From Candidatus Poribacteria bacterium (GTDB taxonomy: Bacteria > Poribacteria > WGA-4E > WGA-3G): a stretch of DNA of 64,000 nt. The stretch covers positions 1,152,001-1,216,000 of the forward strand of contig OZ244048.1 in NCBI GenBank assembly GCA_965215265.1. Reading direction: 5' to 3'. The position numbers were made by a program, and so were the translations under genes. Below the pieces are notes generated by a model. It did not search any database, had not been told where the DNA came from, and saw only the letters and a list, made by a program, of their open reading frames with translations. The number at the start of each line of letters is the position of its first letter. Positions within the stretch are counted from its first letter, which is position 1. Shown here one piece after another: positions 1-10,255 of the stretch.

Positions 1-1
1 C

Positions 2-254
2 TACACCGCTTACATCCAAAAAAAACGGTACGAGTTGGCTTGGGTGGATTGTAGATGTTCCAGAAGTCAAGTGCGAGGAACCGACGGAAAAAACATTGCT
101 GGAAACCCTTGAAAAGAGGCTTCAGGACACCTTAGTCGCCGAAGAAGAAGCCTGGGAGAAGCAGTTTGAGGGAGACGTGAAAGCGGGGAAACTTGATCGT
201 CTGCGCGAGGAGGCACTTGAGGATGTTCGAGCGGGGAGATTCAAGTATCTATAA
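2..254 (+). CDS. 5'-truncated HicB-like antitoxin family protein, with an apparent frameshift in the A8 run at 18-25
   Basis: Manual translation: YTAYIQK (frame from nt 2) continues as NGTSWLGWIVDVPEVKCEEPTEKTLLETL...AWEKQFEGDVKAGKLDRL...RFKYL* (TAA 252-254) in another frame. This resembles the HicB N-terminal pattern. An A7 run would restore the frame. Confidence 0.55.
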   Translation, partial: TPLTSKKNGTSWLGWIVDVPEVKCEEPTEKTLLETLEKRLQDTLVAEEEAWEKQFEGDVKAGKLDRLREEALEDVRAGRFKYL

Positions 255-702
255 ATCAAGTGCTGAGTTTCCAAGACACGCCCACATAAGCAATCGCTTG
301 TTGTTTGAGCTCTACGTTTTTCATAATGCCTCCGAGTTCGTCAAAATTGTGTCTGAAAAAGATGGCTCCGTCTCGCCTGCTAGCAATTCCTAATCTTCGA
401 CAGGGTTAACTTTTACGTGAAGCCGAGCTGTCGGTGATATAGACACATCATCACAGATTTTACGTCTGTGTCAAGTCTGCCTGTTTCCATGATTCACAGA
501 GGGCAACAAACACACAGGAACGTTATCAGAAATGCGTTCTGTAGGCATTCATGGGCGTTTTTGCACTTCTGCGCAGTTGTGATGGCATTTCGTTTATTGA
601 TTCCACATGTCTTGAAAAAAAATAGATTCTACTGTATAGTATAACACATCTTTCACAGTTAGTACAACTCTTTAGGCTACTCTTACGGAGAGGAGGGAAC
701 AC

Positions 703-1794
703 ATGCCACATCCAATCAAAGTTGGAATTGTCGGTGCACACAGAGGGAGTTCTTACGTGCAGCCCTTTACCGCCATTGCGGAAACTGAAGTCACAGCGGT
801 GTGCGACATTAACGAATCGACACTTAAAAACGTCGCAGAACGGTTTAATGTTCCCCGGCAGTTTACCGATTACGCAAAAATGCTTGACGCGGTCGATCTG
901 GTTGTCCTCGCGACACCTGAGAACCTACACGTGCCACAAGCCGTTGAAGCGTTGGAAGCAGGCAAACACGTCATCAGTGAGGTAACCGCCGCGGTCAAAA
1001 TTGATGAATGCTATGAACTCGTGCGAGCAGTCAAAAACGCATCTGCCAAGTATACGATGGCTGAAAATACCTGCTATTCGCGTTCCAATGTGCTCATCCG
1101 AAACATGGTAGCCGAAGGCATGTTTGGTGATGTCTATTTTGGAGAAGGAGAATATGTTCATAATGTCAAAACCCTCCATCACGATACTGTAGGCAATCCG
1201 ACATGGCGTTACTATTGGCAGGTCGGTATCAACCGCTGCAACTATGCAACGCACAGTCTTGGTCCAGTGCTGCAGTGGTTTAATGAGTACGTTGTCAGCG
1301 TCTGTTGCCTTGGCACTGGAGTGCACACCGATCCGGAGCATGCCATGGAGGATACTGTGATGATGCTTTGCAAAACAGAAAGTGGTGGGTTAATTAAAAT
1401 TCGGATTGACATGCTCTCTAACCGCCCTGCGAATTCCTATTTTAGTCTGCAAGGCACAAGGGGATGTTATGAGAGCTCCCGCGGATTTGGTGCGACAGAG
1501 AAAATCTGGCTTGCTAACGGTGATAGGTCTGAAACGTGGTCTCCGCTATCTGAATTTGAGTCAGATTTCCTGCCGGACCGTTGGAAAAACCCTCCTGCTG
1601 AGGCAGAAACTGCAGGCGACCTCGGTGAATATTTTAAAGTCCGAGATTTTGTCGATAGCATCATCAACGACACAACGCCCCCACTTGATGTCTATACAGC
1701 GATGGATTTCACCGTGCCAGGGTTAGTATCAGAACGGTCGATCGCAAACGGTGGAGCTCCGGTTGAAGTTCCGAACTTCAGAGATGTAGTGTAA
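703..1794 (+). CDS. Gfo/Idh/MocA family oxidoreductase
   Basis: N-terminal KVGIVGA Rossmann motif, GKHVISEV motif, YATHSLGP; RBS GGAGG upstream. Confidence 0.9.
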   Translation: MPHPIKVGIVGAHRGSSYVQPFTAIAETEVTAVCDINESTLKNVAERFNVPRQFTDYAKMLDAVDLVVLATPENLHVPQAVEALEAGKHVISEVTAAVKIDECYELVRAVKNASAKYTMAENTCYSRSNVLIRNMVAEGMFGDVYFGEGEYVHNVKTLHHDTVGNPTWRYYWQVGINRCNYATHSLGPVLQWFNEYVVSVCCLGTGVHTDPEHAMEDTVMMLCKTESGGLIKIRIDMLSNRPANSYFSLQGTRGCYESSRGFGATEKIWLANGDRSETWSPLSEFESDFLPDRWKNPPAEAETAGDLGEYFKVRDFVDSIINDTTPPLDVYTAMDFTVPGLVSERSIANGGAPVEVPNFRDVV

Positions 1795-1850
1795 CAGGCT
1801 TGTTTTAGTAACTGATGGAATCTATATAAACCCTGCGCAACGGAGAAGAG

Positions 1851-2939
1851 ATGGAAACACCGAGTGTTGTTCAAACCGGCGTATCTGTTATTGACTGTGA
1901 TCTGCACAACCGATTGCCGTCCCTTGAAATGCTTTATCCTTACTTACCGGATTATTGGTGCGACTATTGCGAAACGTCCGGATTTCCTGGTCCCGATGCG
2001 AATGACTATCCTGATGGGGTGCCGATTTCAACACGCCCGGGAATTATGCAGCCTGCAGAGGGAGACTCTGCGTCGGACTTAGAGCTGCTACGGCAGCATG
2101 CGCTTGATGTCTGGGGCACCGAATACGGTATCCTTACTTGCGGGTATCGTGTGCAGAGTGTGCATAATGAAGACCTCGCGGCGGCACTCGCCTCTGCAGT
2201 CAATGAATGGCAGATTGAGCATTGGCTTGACTGTGAACCGCGCCTCCTCGGCTCATTGGTTGTTCCAAGTCAAAATCCGGAACTTGCGGCACGAGAGATT
2301 GAGCGTTTAGGAAGCCATCCACGTTTTGTCCAAGTAATGCTGCCGGCCCGTTCACAAGCCCCCTACGGCAATCGGCGGTATCATCCCATCTACGCCGCAG
2401 CGGTACGCCATAAACTCGTCATCGGCATCCATTACGGCGGCGCACCCGGCTTACCACCAACATCGGTCGGATGGCCCTCAACGTATATAGAAGAATATGT
2501 GGGTATGTCGCAAGTCTTTCAGGCACAGGTACTTAGTCTTGTGTCAGAAGGCGTTTTTGACCTGTTTCCTGATTTACGCGTTGCGCTCATTGAAACGGGG
2601 GTTACGTGGATGCCGTCGCTCATGTGGCGGTTTGATAAAGAGTGGCGTGGCTTGCGTTCGCTCACACCGTGGGTTAAACGGCCACCTTCGGACTACATCC
2701 GTGAACACATGCGTCTGACGTTACAACCTATTGACGCACCGCCAACCACAGAGGAACTGCTCCAAATCATCGGACAATTAGATTCAGAAGAGCTTTTGAT
2801 GTTTTCAACCGACTATCCGCATTGGCACTTTGACTCCCTCGATGAGGCTTTCCCAGCAAAGTTACCCCCATCCGTCGCGCGCAAACTTTTATATCAAAAT
2901 GCGAGGGAATTTTACGGAATCTCAACGGATGACTATTAG
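1851..2939 (+). CDS. Amidohydrolase family 2 protein
   Basis: IDCDLH metal motif, IGIH, C-terminal MFSTDYPHW. Confidence 0.9.
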   Translation: METPSVVQTGVSVIDCDLHNRLPSLEMLYPYLPDYWCDYCETSGFPGPDANDYPDGVPISTRPGIMQPAEGDSASDLELLRQHALDVWGTEYGILTCGYRVQSVHNEDLAAALASAVNEWQIEHWLDCEPRLLGSLVVPSQNPELAAREIERLGSHPRFVQVMLPARSQAPYGNRRYHPIYAAAVRHKLVIGIHYGGAPGLPPTSVGWPSTYIEEYVGMSQVFQAQVLSLVSEGVFDLFPDLRVALIETGVTWMPSLMWRFDKEWRGLRSLTPWVKRPPSDYIREHMRLTLQPIDAPPTTEELLQIIGQLDSEELLMFSTDYPHWHFDSLDEAFPAKLPPSVARKLLYQNAREFYGISTDDY

Positions 2940-2976
2940 GCAAAACGATCTAACAACGTTGTATTAACATTTTGTC

Positions 2977-3005
2977 TTGACATTTTCAATAACCTATCAT
3001 ATAAT
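2977..3005 (+). promoter_or_regulatory. Consensus sigma70 promoter
   Basis: TTGACA (2977-2982), 17-nt spacer, TATAAT (3000-3005), upstream of the nuclease gene. Confidence 0.75.
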
Positions 3006-3082
3006 CTGTAAAAAGCATTTTTGGGATGTATAACGGTTAATGGTTATGCTACGCCATGGTGGAAAGGACTAATTATTACGCA

Positions 3083-4123
3083 ATGACACTTCAAGAGCGC
3101 ATTGAAGATATACGCAACGGTTTAGAAACAAATCGCTTTCCAAATGAGGCAGCGGTTTCTCAAGGTATTGTTCTCCCTATGCTCAGAACCATTGGTTGGC
3201 CAACCGACGATACGACAATTGTTTATCCTGAATACCCGGTCAGGAAAGCGAAAGCTAGAGTGGATTTTGCTCTTTGCCCGCCACCATCAGAACCCCGTGT
3301 CTTCATTGAGGTTAAACAAGTTGGCAATATTGAAGGAGGGGAAGAGCAATTGTTTAGGTATGCTCTTCGGAAAGGTGTGCCAATCGCTATTTTAACCGAC
3401 GGACGGAGATGGCAATTTTTTTATATCAATGGACAAGGGAATTATGAAGAACGTAAGGTACACGAGTTGGATCTGCTTAAAGCAGATGTTGAAGAAAGTG
3501 CTAGATGTCTGAACGGATACCTAAATTACAAGTCGATACAGACCGGTGAAGCTATTAAGGCAATTGAGGCAGATTATCACGACATCGTTAAACAGAGAGA
3601 GATTAAGACACGTTTACCAGAGGCATGGGAGCAATTGGTGAAGGAAGGCGATGAGTTTCTGCTACATGTTGTGTCAGAAAAAGTGGAAATCCTGTGTAGG
3701 TATAAACCGACAAAGCTGCAAGTATTAGGTTTCTTGAAGAGCCTAAAAGTGGATGAGGCACCCGCGGTTATCATGAAAGAAAACGAAGACGAAGACCTCA
3801 CCGAGTCCACCATACGTACGCGTGCACATCCTACACGGCTTATAGTTACGATGGACAATGGGGAAACAATTAACCATCGTAATGCCTCACGTACTTTCGC
3901 AGAAGTAATTGAAAGATTAGGAATAGAGCGAGTTCGCGAGCTTGGACATATTGTAAATGGAATTCCTCTCATATCACCTACTAAGCATGAGAAATACACC
4001 CCGCATAAGTATGGTCGGTATTACATAGTGACTGCTACCCACACTGCGGATAAAAAAAATCTTCTTGAGAAAATTGCTGATCAGCTTGGTGTCTCACTGA
4101 CAGTAAAAATGGTTAAAAAATAG
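3083..4123 (+). CDS. Restriction endonuclease-like protein (HsdR N-terminal-type PD-(D/E)xK domain plus C-terminal domain)
   Basis: NEAAVSQGIVLPML...YPEY...RVDFAL...FIEVK...EEQLFRYA...ILTDGRRW pattern. The ORF track starts at 3056; the ATG at 3083 is an alternative start. Confidence 0.8.
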   Translation: MTLQERIEDIRNGLETNRFPNEAAVSQGIVLPMLRTIGWPTDDTTIVYPEYPVRKAKARVDFALCPPPSEPRVFIEVKQVGNIEGGEEQLFRYALRKGVPIAILTDGRRWQFFYINGQGNYEERKVHELDLLKADVEESARCLNGYLNYKSIQTGEAIKAIEADYHDIVKQREIKTRLPEAWEQLVKEGDEFLLHVVSEKVEILCRYKPTKLQVLGFLKSLKVDEAPAVIMKENEDEDLTESTIRTRAHPTRLIVTMDNGETINHRNASRTFAEVIERLGIERVRELGHIVNGIPLISPTKHEKYTPHKYGRYYIVTATHTADKKNLLEKIADQLGVSLTVKMVKK

Positions 4124-4413
4124 TGAGCGGCAGTAAGGACTTATTCACATCGGGGAAGATTTTGGCGATGAACTCCCGAAGTTTAAAGAGTACATGTAAT
4201 CGTTTGATATCTCTTATAGACACGGCCTTTGATGCTTTAGATAGATATTAGTTAGAGAGGTGTTAGCATGTTACATTTATTGAACGCGTCCGGGTACCTA
4301 TCATTTAGAATCGATAACAACTGAAAAAGAGTTTAACGCGGTACTAAAAACTGCCCAGGAGACGGATAGTTTGAAATCGTATATCGGATACCCGTAGAGG
4401 AAATGGTGACAAT

Positions 4414-5517
4414 ATGAAGGAGAACTTAAAGATGGCAGAAATACACATGCAGAAAGCACCCAAACGGCAAAAACCACCCATTATTGACTGTGATGTACAT
4501 AACACCCTCTCTTCTGAGACGGTCTTGTATCCGTATCTTTCGCAGCGTTGGCGCAGGCATCACCAGATGGTCGGCACCCCGGACCGCGTCGGGGCCTATA
4601 TTCCGCGTGCTACGCCTTATGGAGCCCGCCACGACGCGTGGACACCGTCAGGCAATCGCCCTGGCTCAGACCTTGGCTTTCTCCGCAACCAACTCTTGGA
4701 TTTGTGGAATGTTGAATACGGGATCCTCAACTGCTTGACACCTGTCTGCGAGATGCCGAACCTTGAATATGCTGCGGCATTCGCGCGGGCTGTAAATGAT
4801 TGGCAGATCGAAAATTGGCTTGAGAAGGAACCGAGATTGCGGGCATCAATTATCGTTGCTTGCGATGACGCGGAATTTACGACTGACGAAATTGAGCGGC
4901 TTGGAGAACACCCAGGGTTCGTCCAAATTCTGTTACTCGCACGAACGATGGAACCTTTGGGACGGCGTAAGTACTGGAAGATGTATGAAGCAGCTGTGCA
5001 ACATGATTTGCCGATTGGAATCCATTTCACGGGTGTCGGCGCGGGCCCCATTACTGCAGTCGGAAGACCCTCGCACTATATTGAAGATCACGCCGGGATG
5101 ACGCAGGCATTTCAGACACAAGTTACCAGCCTTGTTTGCGAAGGAGTGTTTGAACGTTTCCCAACGCTCAGGGTAGTTTTAATTGAGGGCGGCTTTGCGT
5201 GGATACCGCCTCTCATGTGGCGACTTGACCGCACGTGGAAAAAACTACGCACGGAAGTGCCTCACCTAAAACGGCTGCCCTCGGATTATATCCGGGAGCA
5301 TTTCTGGATTACCACACAACCGATTGAGGAACCGCCGAAACAAGAATACTTCCACCAACTCCTCGCGCAACTCGATTTGAATGAAAAACTGATGTTCGCA
5401 ACGGACTATCCGCACTGGGATTTTGATTCGCCAGAGCAGACACTCCCCAAAAATCTCGCTCCTGAATTGAAGCGAAAGATCATGGCAGAAAACGCACGCA
5501 GCTTTTATCGGTTTTAA
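4414..5517 (+). CDS. Amidohydrolase family 2 protein (paralog of 1851-2939)
   Basis: IDCDVH, IGIH, MFATDYPHWDFD. Confidence 0.9.
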   Translation: MKENLKMAEIHMQKAPKRQKPPIIDCDVHNTLSSETVLYPYLSQRWRRHHQMVGTPDRVGAYIPRATPYGARHDAWTPSGNRPGSDLGFLRNQLLDLWNVEYGILNCLTPVCEMPNLEYAAAFARAVNDWQIENWLEKEPRLRASIIVACDDAEFTTDEIERLGEHPGFVQILLLARTMEPLGRRKYWKMYEAAVQHDLPIGIHFTGVGAGPITAVGRPSHYIEDHAGMTQAFQTQVTSLVCEGVFERFPTLRVVLIEGGFAWIPPLMWRLDRTWKKLRTEVPHLKRLPSDYIREHFWITTQPIEEPPKQEYFHQLLAQLDLNEKLMFATDYPHWDFDSPEQTLPKNLAPELKRKIMAENARSFYRF

Positions 5518-5527
5518 GTACCGGTAA

Positions 5528-6733
5528 TCACTCAAATTGATGCCGACTCTGATAGCATGCTTTGCCCTTCCCGCGAATAATATGACGCGCTTGCCATCCA
5601 TCAACCGTGCGACAGATTTCGTTACTTTCACCGAGGAGCCGTTGCAGATTAGTTTTTGTAAACCAGTCAACATTGGCAGGTATCCTGCCAACGTTCAGAT
5701 TTTCATCGGAGAAGCCGTACACACGGCAGAGGCCGTCTTCTTGTTCAACATCTTCAATGTAAGACATCCACGGCACTTCTAATTCCAGCTGCTTGTCCAT
5801 CAGTACTTGCAAAGAACCGATTCGTGAGCCAACATCCCAGCCGACTCCTTTGGTCTCTTCCCAGCCTTCACCCCCCGGTAATTCCCAACGATTCGTCTCC
5901 GCGTCGCGGCATAGCAAAAACCTGGATTCGGCATCGGAGGTATCCTCGATGAGCAGGCGCGTTATTGTAATAGGTTTGTCAAAACAGACAGGGATGAGCC
6001 GTTTTCCAGCGTCGCTCAATGCATCAAGTGCTTCAGGCGTGTATGGATAATATCCGGCTGCGGGTGGTGCGTCTACCGCACAATATTTATTGAAAATACC
6101 GCACCGATCTTCTGAGGTATTCCCAGCCGGGGCTTTATGCCACACATGCTCGTTGACAATTAGCAAGTCCCCTGCTTTCAACTCTGGATCTATGAATGGA
6201 GGCAATTGAGCTGCATCTGGTTTCGTGAGGTCCAAGATATGTGCCCCCGGGTCAACTAGCTGAGTGAGTTTATGCGATTTCGGCGACACGAGAAAGGGGC
6301 CGTAAGACGTATTAAAATCTGTTAGCGGAATGATGGCGAATATCCAATTCATGGAGGAACCGACGGGCCGCCACCGTTTGTAGTCACAGTGAGCACCTGA
6401 GCCCTTATCGCCCGGAGTGCGCAGATACGCGACATAGGCGGTCAGATGCGCCTGTTGCCCGAGCACCGACTCTACAGCCCCAATCACTGTCGGATGTTCA
6501 GCAATCGAACTGAGACCCGGATCAGCGAGTCTGTTGCCGCTGACTGTATATTTCGCCGGCTCAGGATACCTCAACGTGGACGGATATGCACTGCGCCGCA
6601 CCTCTTGTTGGACAATACGACGGAGTTCTTCCGCTTCACTAGGTGATAAGACGTTGCGAACGATTAGATAGCCGTCCTCATGGTAGTCGGCAATCTGTTG
6701 CTTGCTGAGGGTTGTGGTTATAGTCATCATCAA
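5528..6733 (-). CDS. Phytanoyl-CoA dioxygenase (PhyH) family Fe(II)/2OG dioxygenase with a C-terminal extension
   Basis: YHEDGYLIVRNVLS N-terminus, HCD...WH facial triad, downstream R. The C-terminal region has a NUDIX-like WELPGG motif. Confidence 0.8.
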   Translation of the reverse strand: MMMTITTTLSKQQIADYHEDGYLIVRNVLSPSEAEELRRIVQQEVRRSAYPSTLRYPEPAKYTVSGNRLADPGLSSIAEHPTVIGAVESVLGQQAHLTAYVAYLRTPGDKGSGAHCDYKRWRPVGSSMNWIFAIIPLTDFNTSYGPFLVSPKSHKLTQLVDPGAHILDLTKPDAAQLPPFIDPELKAGDLLIVNEHVWHKAPAGNTSEDRCGIFNKYCAVDAPPAAGYYPYTPEALDALSDAGKRLIPVCFDKPITITRLLIEDTSDAESRFLLCRDAETNRWELPGGEGWEETKGVGWDVGSRIGSLQVLMDKQLELEVPWMSYIEDVEQEDGLCRVYGFSDENLNVGRIPANVDWFTKTNLQRLLGESNEICRTVDGWQARHIIRGKGKACYQSRHQFE

Positions 6734-6820
6734 AGTTCCTTTCTTCTGGGTATCATCATGAATAGGAGGATTCCGTCAGCGTGTTGCTTGGAGAATGCTT
6801 CCGTATGGCAGGAAGTAATC

Positions 6821-6846
6821 AGGGCAGGTTTGGAACCTGCCCCTAT
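6821..6846. repeat. REP-like palindrome between PhyH and the oxidoreductase
   Basis: GGGCAGGTT-TGG-AACCTGCCC hairpin with a CCCTAT tail (reverse ATAGGGGCAGG). Confidence 0.5.
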
Positions 6847-6872
6847 AAACATAGTGCACGTTGTGGGGAAGA

Positions 6873-7853
6873 CTAAGCGTCTGCTGCTCTTTCCACATCT
6901 GCCAGAAATATCCGTTCTCCCTGATGCAAAGCCGACCGGTGCACTGCTGCCTCAAACAGCAATTCATTCCATGCGGCTTCACCGTCTGCAGGAAATGGGC
7001 TGTCGGCAGCCATCGCTTTAATCACACCGTCTGCCATTCTGCGGAAAGACTCGGGCATCTCAGGCTTGCCGGTCTCATTTTCCCATAACTCTTCTTGTTC
7101 AGAGCTATTTGCTGTGCGGCGGCAGTACCAACCGTCTAAACCGCGTGCCTCTGCGTAAGATTTATCACCGATAATCTTAACCCGTAGCGGATGCTCGTCA
7201 TAACCCCATAGGTTTGTGCCGTTGAGTGAGCCGATTGCACCATTTGCCCATCCCATGTGAATCAAACGGTGCCATCCCCCCGTTTGATTCGGATCTCCGA
7301 CAACACTTACCCATTCAGGCATTCCCATTGTCCAGAGAATCTGGTCGATGATGTGTGACCAGCAATTGAAGTGCGCCCGGGCATGGACCATTCTCACCTC
7401 TCCTAATCGCCCGTCTGCAACGTCATCATGAAGTCTGCGAAAATGGTGCATAAACCGGTAGTTAAAGTCAATGCCGAATTTGAGACTGGAGGCACGCCAT
7501 TCTGATATGGCAGGAGCCGCAATCTGGAGGTCTTCTTCACGTAATCTATATTGGCCTTCTAACCCACACAGCGGTTTTTCTGTGAATACATTTCGACCGG
7601 CTGCAAGTAATTCACGCAGCGGCGGAATACGCCGCGTTTCATTGACAATCAATAGCACAAGTTCTGCATCACAGTTGGCTAACAATTCCACAATCGTTGG
7701 ATACCCCGGTACCCCAAATTGTGACTCAGCTTTCGCCAATAGTTTGGCATCCATATCACAAACGGCGACTACCTCCGCGTCTGGATGATCATGGAAATGC
7801 CGACCATGCATCAATCCCATGCCTCTACCACTGATAAGCGCGCATCTGGTCAT
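6873..7853 (-). CDS. Gfo/Idh/MocA family oxidoreductase
   Basis: GRGMG, NVFTEKP motif, FNYRF. Start reassigned to ATG 7853 with RBS AGAGGA. Confidence 0.85.
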   Translation of the reverse strand: MTRCALISGRGMGLMHGRHFHDHPDAEVVAVCDMDAKLLAKAESQFGVPGYPTIVELLANCDAELVLLIVNETRRIPPLRELLAAGRNVFTEKPLCGLEGQYRLREEDLQIAAPAISEWRASSLKFGIDFNYRFMHHFRRLHDDVADGRLGEVRMVHARAHFNCWSHIIDQILWTMGMPEWVSVVGDPNQTGGWHRLIHMGWANGAIGSLNGTNLWGYDEHPLRVKIIGDKSYAEARGLDGWYCRRTANSSEQEELWENETGKPEMPESFRRMADGVIKAMAADSPFPADGEAAWNELLFEAAVHRSALHQGERIFLADVERAADA

Positions 7854-8164
7854 GTTAAATTCCTCTCTAGTGCTCCCTACCCCGATATAGGTGCTACATT
7901 TTTTAGGATCCGACTGACGCAAAACAGAGTCATCTTTAGGTTCGGCATCGGGCAAAATCACCTTGGGTATAAGCGTCAATCCTGGGCGTTTTCCTTCTCA
8001 ATGGAGGCATGATACAAAAATAGGGCATAAATGTCAAGGGCAATCCAAATCTAAAATGAATGAGGAAACCTTCTGATCCAACCTTTAAGGATGGGTCTAG
8101 GTAAGGATAAAATTTCAGACGTAGGATGAACCGAAATCAAAAGTTGCGTATGAGGTATGCTGCA

Positions 8165-10255
8165 TTAACAGGCGTTTGGCTTCACCTTAATGACAACCAG
8201 TGTCACATCGTCCGCTTGTGGTTTCCCATCTGCCCAGGAGATGCTCGCTTTGAAGATATGGTCTATAATCGCTTGCGGAGATTGATTCGCAACCTCTGCA
8301 AACAAGGCTTTCGTCTTTGGATAGTCTAGCATTTCGTTTGCAGGGTTCAACATCTCCGGCAGGCCGTCACTCATCAGTAAGACGGTATCGCCACATTGGA
8401 GTTCCAATGATGTTTCTTGTCGTTCGGATGTGAGAAACCCGCCCAACGGCATGCCTTCAAGGAATATTTCCTCAACGCGGTTTTCGTGTGCCCGATAGAT
8501 GAGTACTGGCGGCATTCCCGCTGCTGCAATCATCAACAGGTTGTTCTTGAACGTGACAAGCGTCATCGCCATATACAACCGTTTCAGATTCATGCTTTTG
8601 ATGCCCTGGGAGATACGTTCAAGTGTTTCCAAGTTCCCTGCTTCCGGTGCCGATGTCTTGAAAAGGCTCTTAACAGCGGAAACGAGAAGTCCAGCGTTCG
8701 TGCCATGTCCTGTTGCATCTCCAATTGCGATGGTGAGCCGCCCAGCCTCGGTGAGATTGAAGTCATAATAGTCGCCCCCCACCTCTGTCGCCGGGTGCAT
8801 CTCAAAGGCAACATCAAGGTTTGGGAGTTCAGGCACGGTTTGCGGCAGCATTGCCATCTGGAGTTTATGGGCCTCTTCCAGTTCCTCTGTTTTGCGAGTG
8901 TTTTCCGCTTCCAAGAGCCTGCGTTCAAGCACTTCCGTTTCGAGTTGCCTCTTTGTGCGGGAGAAGTTGCGTGCCAGATAGACCGACATAGAAAAAAGTG
9001 GAGCGAGGATTATGGCGAGCACCCCAAATTGCCAGCCAATCTCTTCATACTGTGTTTGCGAGACAAGAAAACCGAGCATGAACGGTAGGACAAAAGGGGC
9101 GAGCGAGCAGAGCCCAAAGATCCATGCACCATCTTTCTTCTTAAAGACAGCGACGATAATCACACGCGCTATCTCTAAAAGCGTTATGCCTGCGAACAGA
9201 AGTAGAAGTGAAATCGATCCGCCCAGGCTGAAGTGAAACCAATCAGCTCGTCTCGTCTCAGTACTGATATCTAACGTGCTGCTGCCGGGGTGAAAATCGA
9301 GGCTTAGCATGCTCAAACAGAAGATCACAACCCATCCACCAAGAAAAAACCAAAACCGTTTGAGCAACTTCGGATAAAAGAGTGTATAGAGAAATAGCAT
9401 CGCCGACAAAAACATCAGCACGAAAACACAGACAAGCAGACGAAGCAGATACAGAATTTGTGTCGTGCTTGTTGCCATCAGGATAAATTGGAGGGCGAGA
9501 AAAACAAATGCGCCGATACTCCCTGTTGAAATCGCAAAAAAGAGGTTCTCCCGGGCACGTGGATAAAAGATGAACAGTAACAGATGCTGTAACATCAGGA
9601 AGACCGAAATCGCTGTCCACACCATCTGAAAAGTGGTGCCTTTGCGAACGAGGTTGACACGATCTTCAACACTCCGGTTTAGCGGTGCCACACTCATCCC
9701 AAATCCGAGGCCCGGTATCAGTCGATGGGCGGAGAAATTGGAATACCTAACTGCGATGAGATGGTGGGTTTTGCCTGAAAACGAAATCACCTGCGGCTCG
9801 CGTTCCCAGTAGACTTTCTCCTCTTCTTTCCGCGTCCCGACTTTGCCGAAGGTATAAATCAATTTTCCGTCGAGATAGATTTCAGACGCACCGGCTTGAT
9901 ACATGACATGAAGTGCCAACGGCGTGTTCCAGAGCTGCTTATCAGGAACGGACAAGTGGAGTCTGAACCAACCAATGCCTTCCCAGCGTGCTTTGGGCAG
10001 TTCAGCTGGAAACAGCCATGTGCTGATGGATTCCCAAGCGGTATCATCGAACGTTGGACTTGCCCATTCCGGGTTATCACCCGGATGATACTTCCAAGGT
10101 GCCGCAAGCCAAGCAGTCTTGCCCGAACGTACAGCATCTAATGTCAACACACGTATGCCGGTAACCGGGACAGCATCCCTATCTTGCGCCGGGGCTTTGG
10201 AGATACCGGATATTGCTAAAATGAGATGACATATCAGGACTAACCAGTGTCTCAT
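8165..10255 (-). CDS. Membrane-bound SpoIIE/PP2C-type phosphatase with an extracellular sensor domain and multiple TM helices
   Basis: VGGDYYD, GDATGHG, SDGLPE, DDVT PP2C motifs; several hydrophobic helices; signal-like N-terminus. Confidence 0.9.
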   Translation of the reverse strand: MRHWLVLICHLILAISGISKAPAQDRDAVPVTGIRVLTLDAVRSGKTAWLAAPWKYHPGDNPEWASPTFDDTAWESISTWLFPAELPKARWEGIGWFRLHLSVPDKQLWNTPLALHVMYQAGASEIYLDGKLIYTFGKVGTRKEEEKVYWEREPQVISFSGKTHHLIAVRYSNFSAHRLIPGLGFGMSVAPLNRSVEDRVNLVRKGTTFQMVWTAISVFLMLQHLLLFIFYPRARENLFFAISTGSIGAFVFLALQFILMATSTTQILYLLRLLVCVFVLMFLSAMLFLYTLFYPKLLKRFWFFLGGWVVIFCLSMLSLDFHPGSSTLDISTETRRADWFHFSLGGSISLLLLFAGITLLEIARVIIVAVFKKKDGAWIFGLCSLAPFVLPFMLGFLVSQTQYEEIGWQFGVLAIILAPLFSMSVYLARNFSRTKRQLETEVLERRLLEAENTRKTEELEEAHKLQMAMLPQTVPELPNLDVAFEMHPATEVGGDYYDFNLTEAGRLTIAIGDATGHGTNAGLLVSAVKSLFKTSAPEAGNLETLERISQGIKSMNLKRLYMAMTLVTFKNNLLMIAAAGMPPVLIYRAHENRVEEIFLEGMPLGGFLTSERQETSLELQCGDTVLLMSDGLPEMLNPANEMLDYPKTKALFAEVANQSPQAIIDHIFKASISWADGKPQADDVTLVVIKVKPNAC

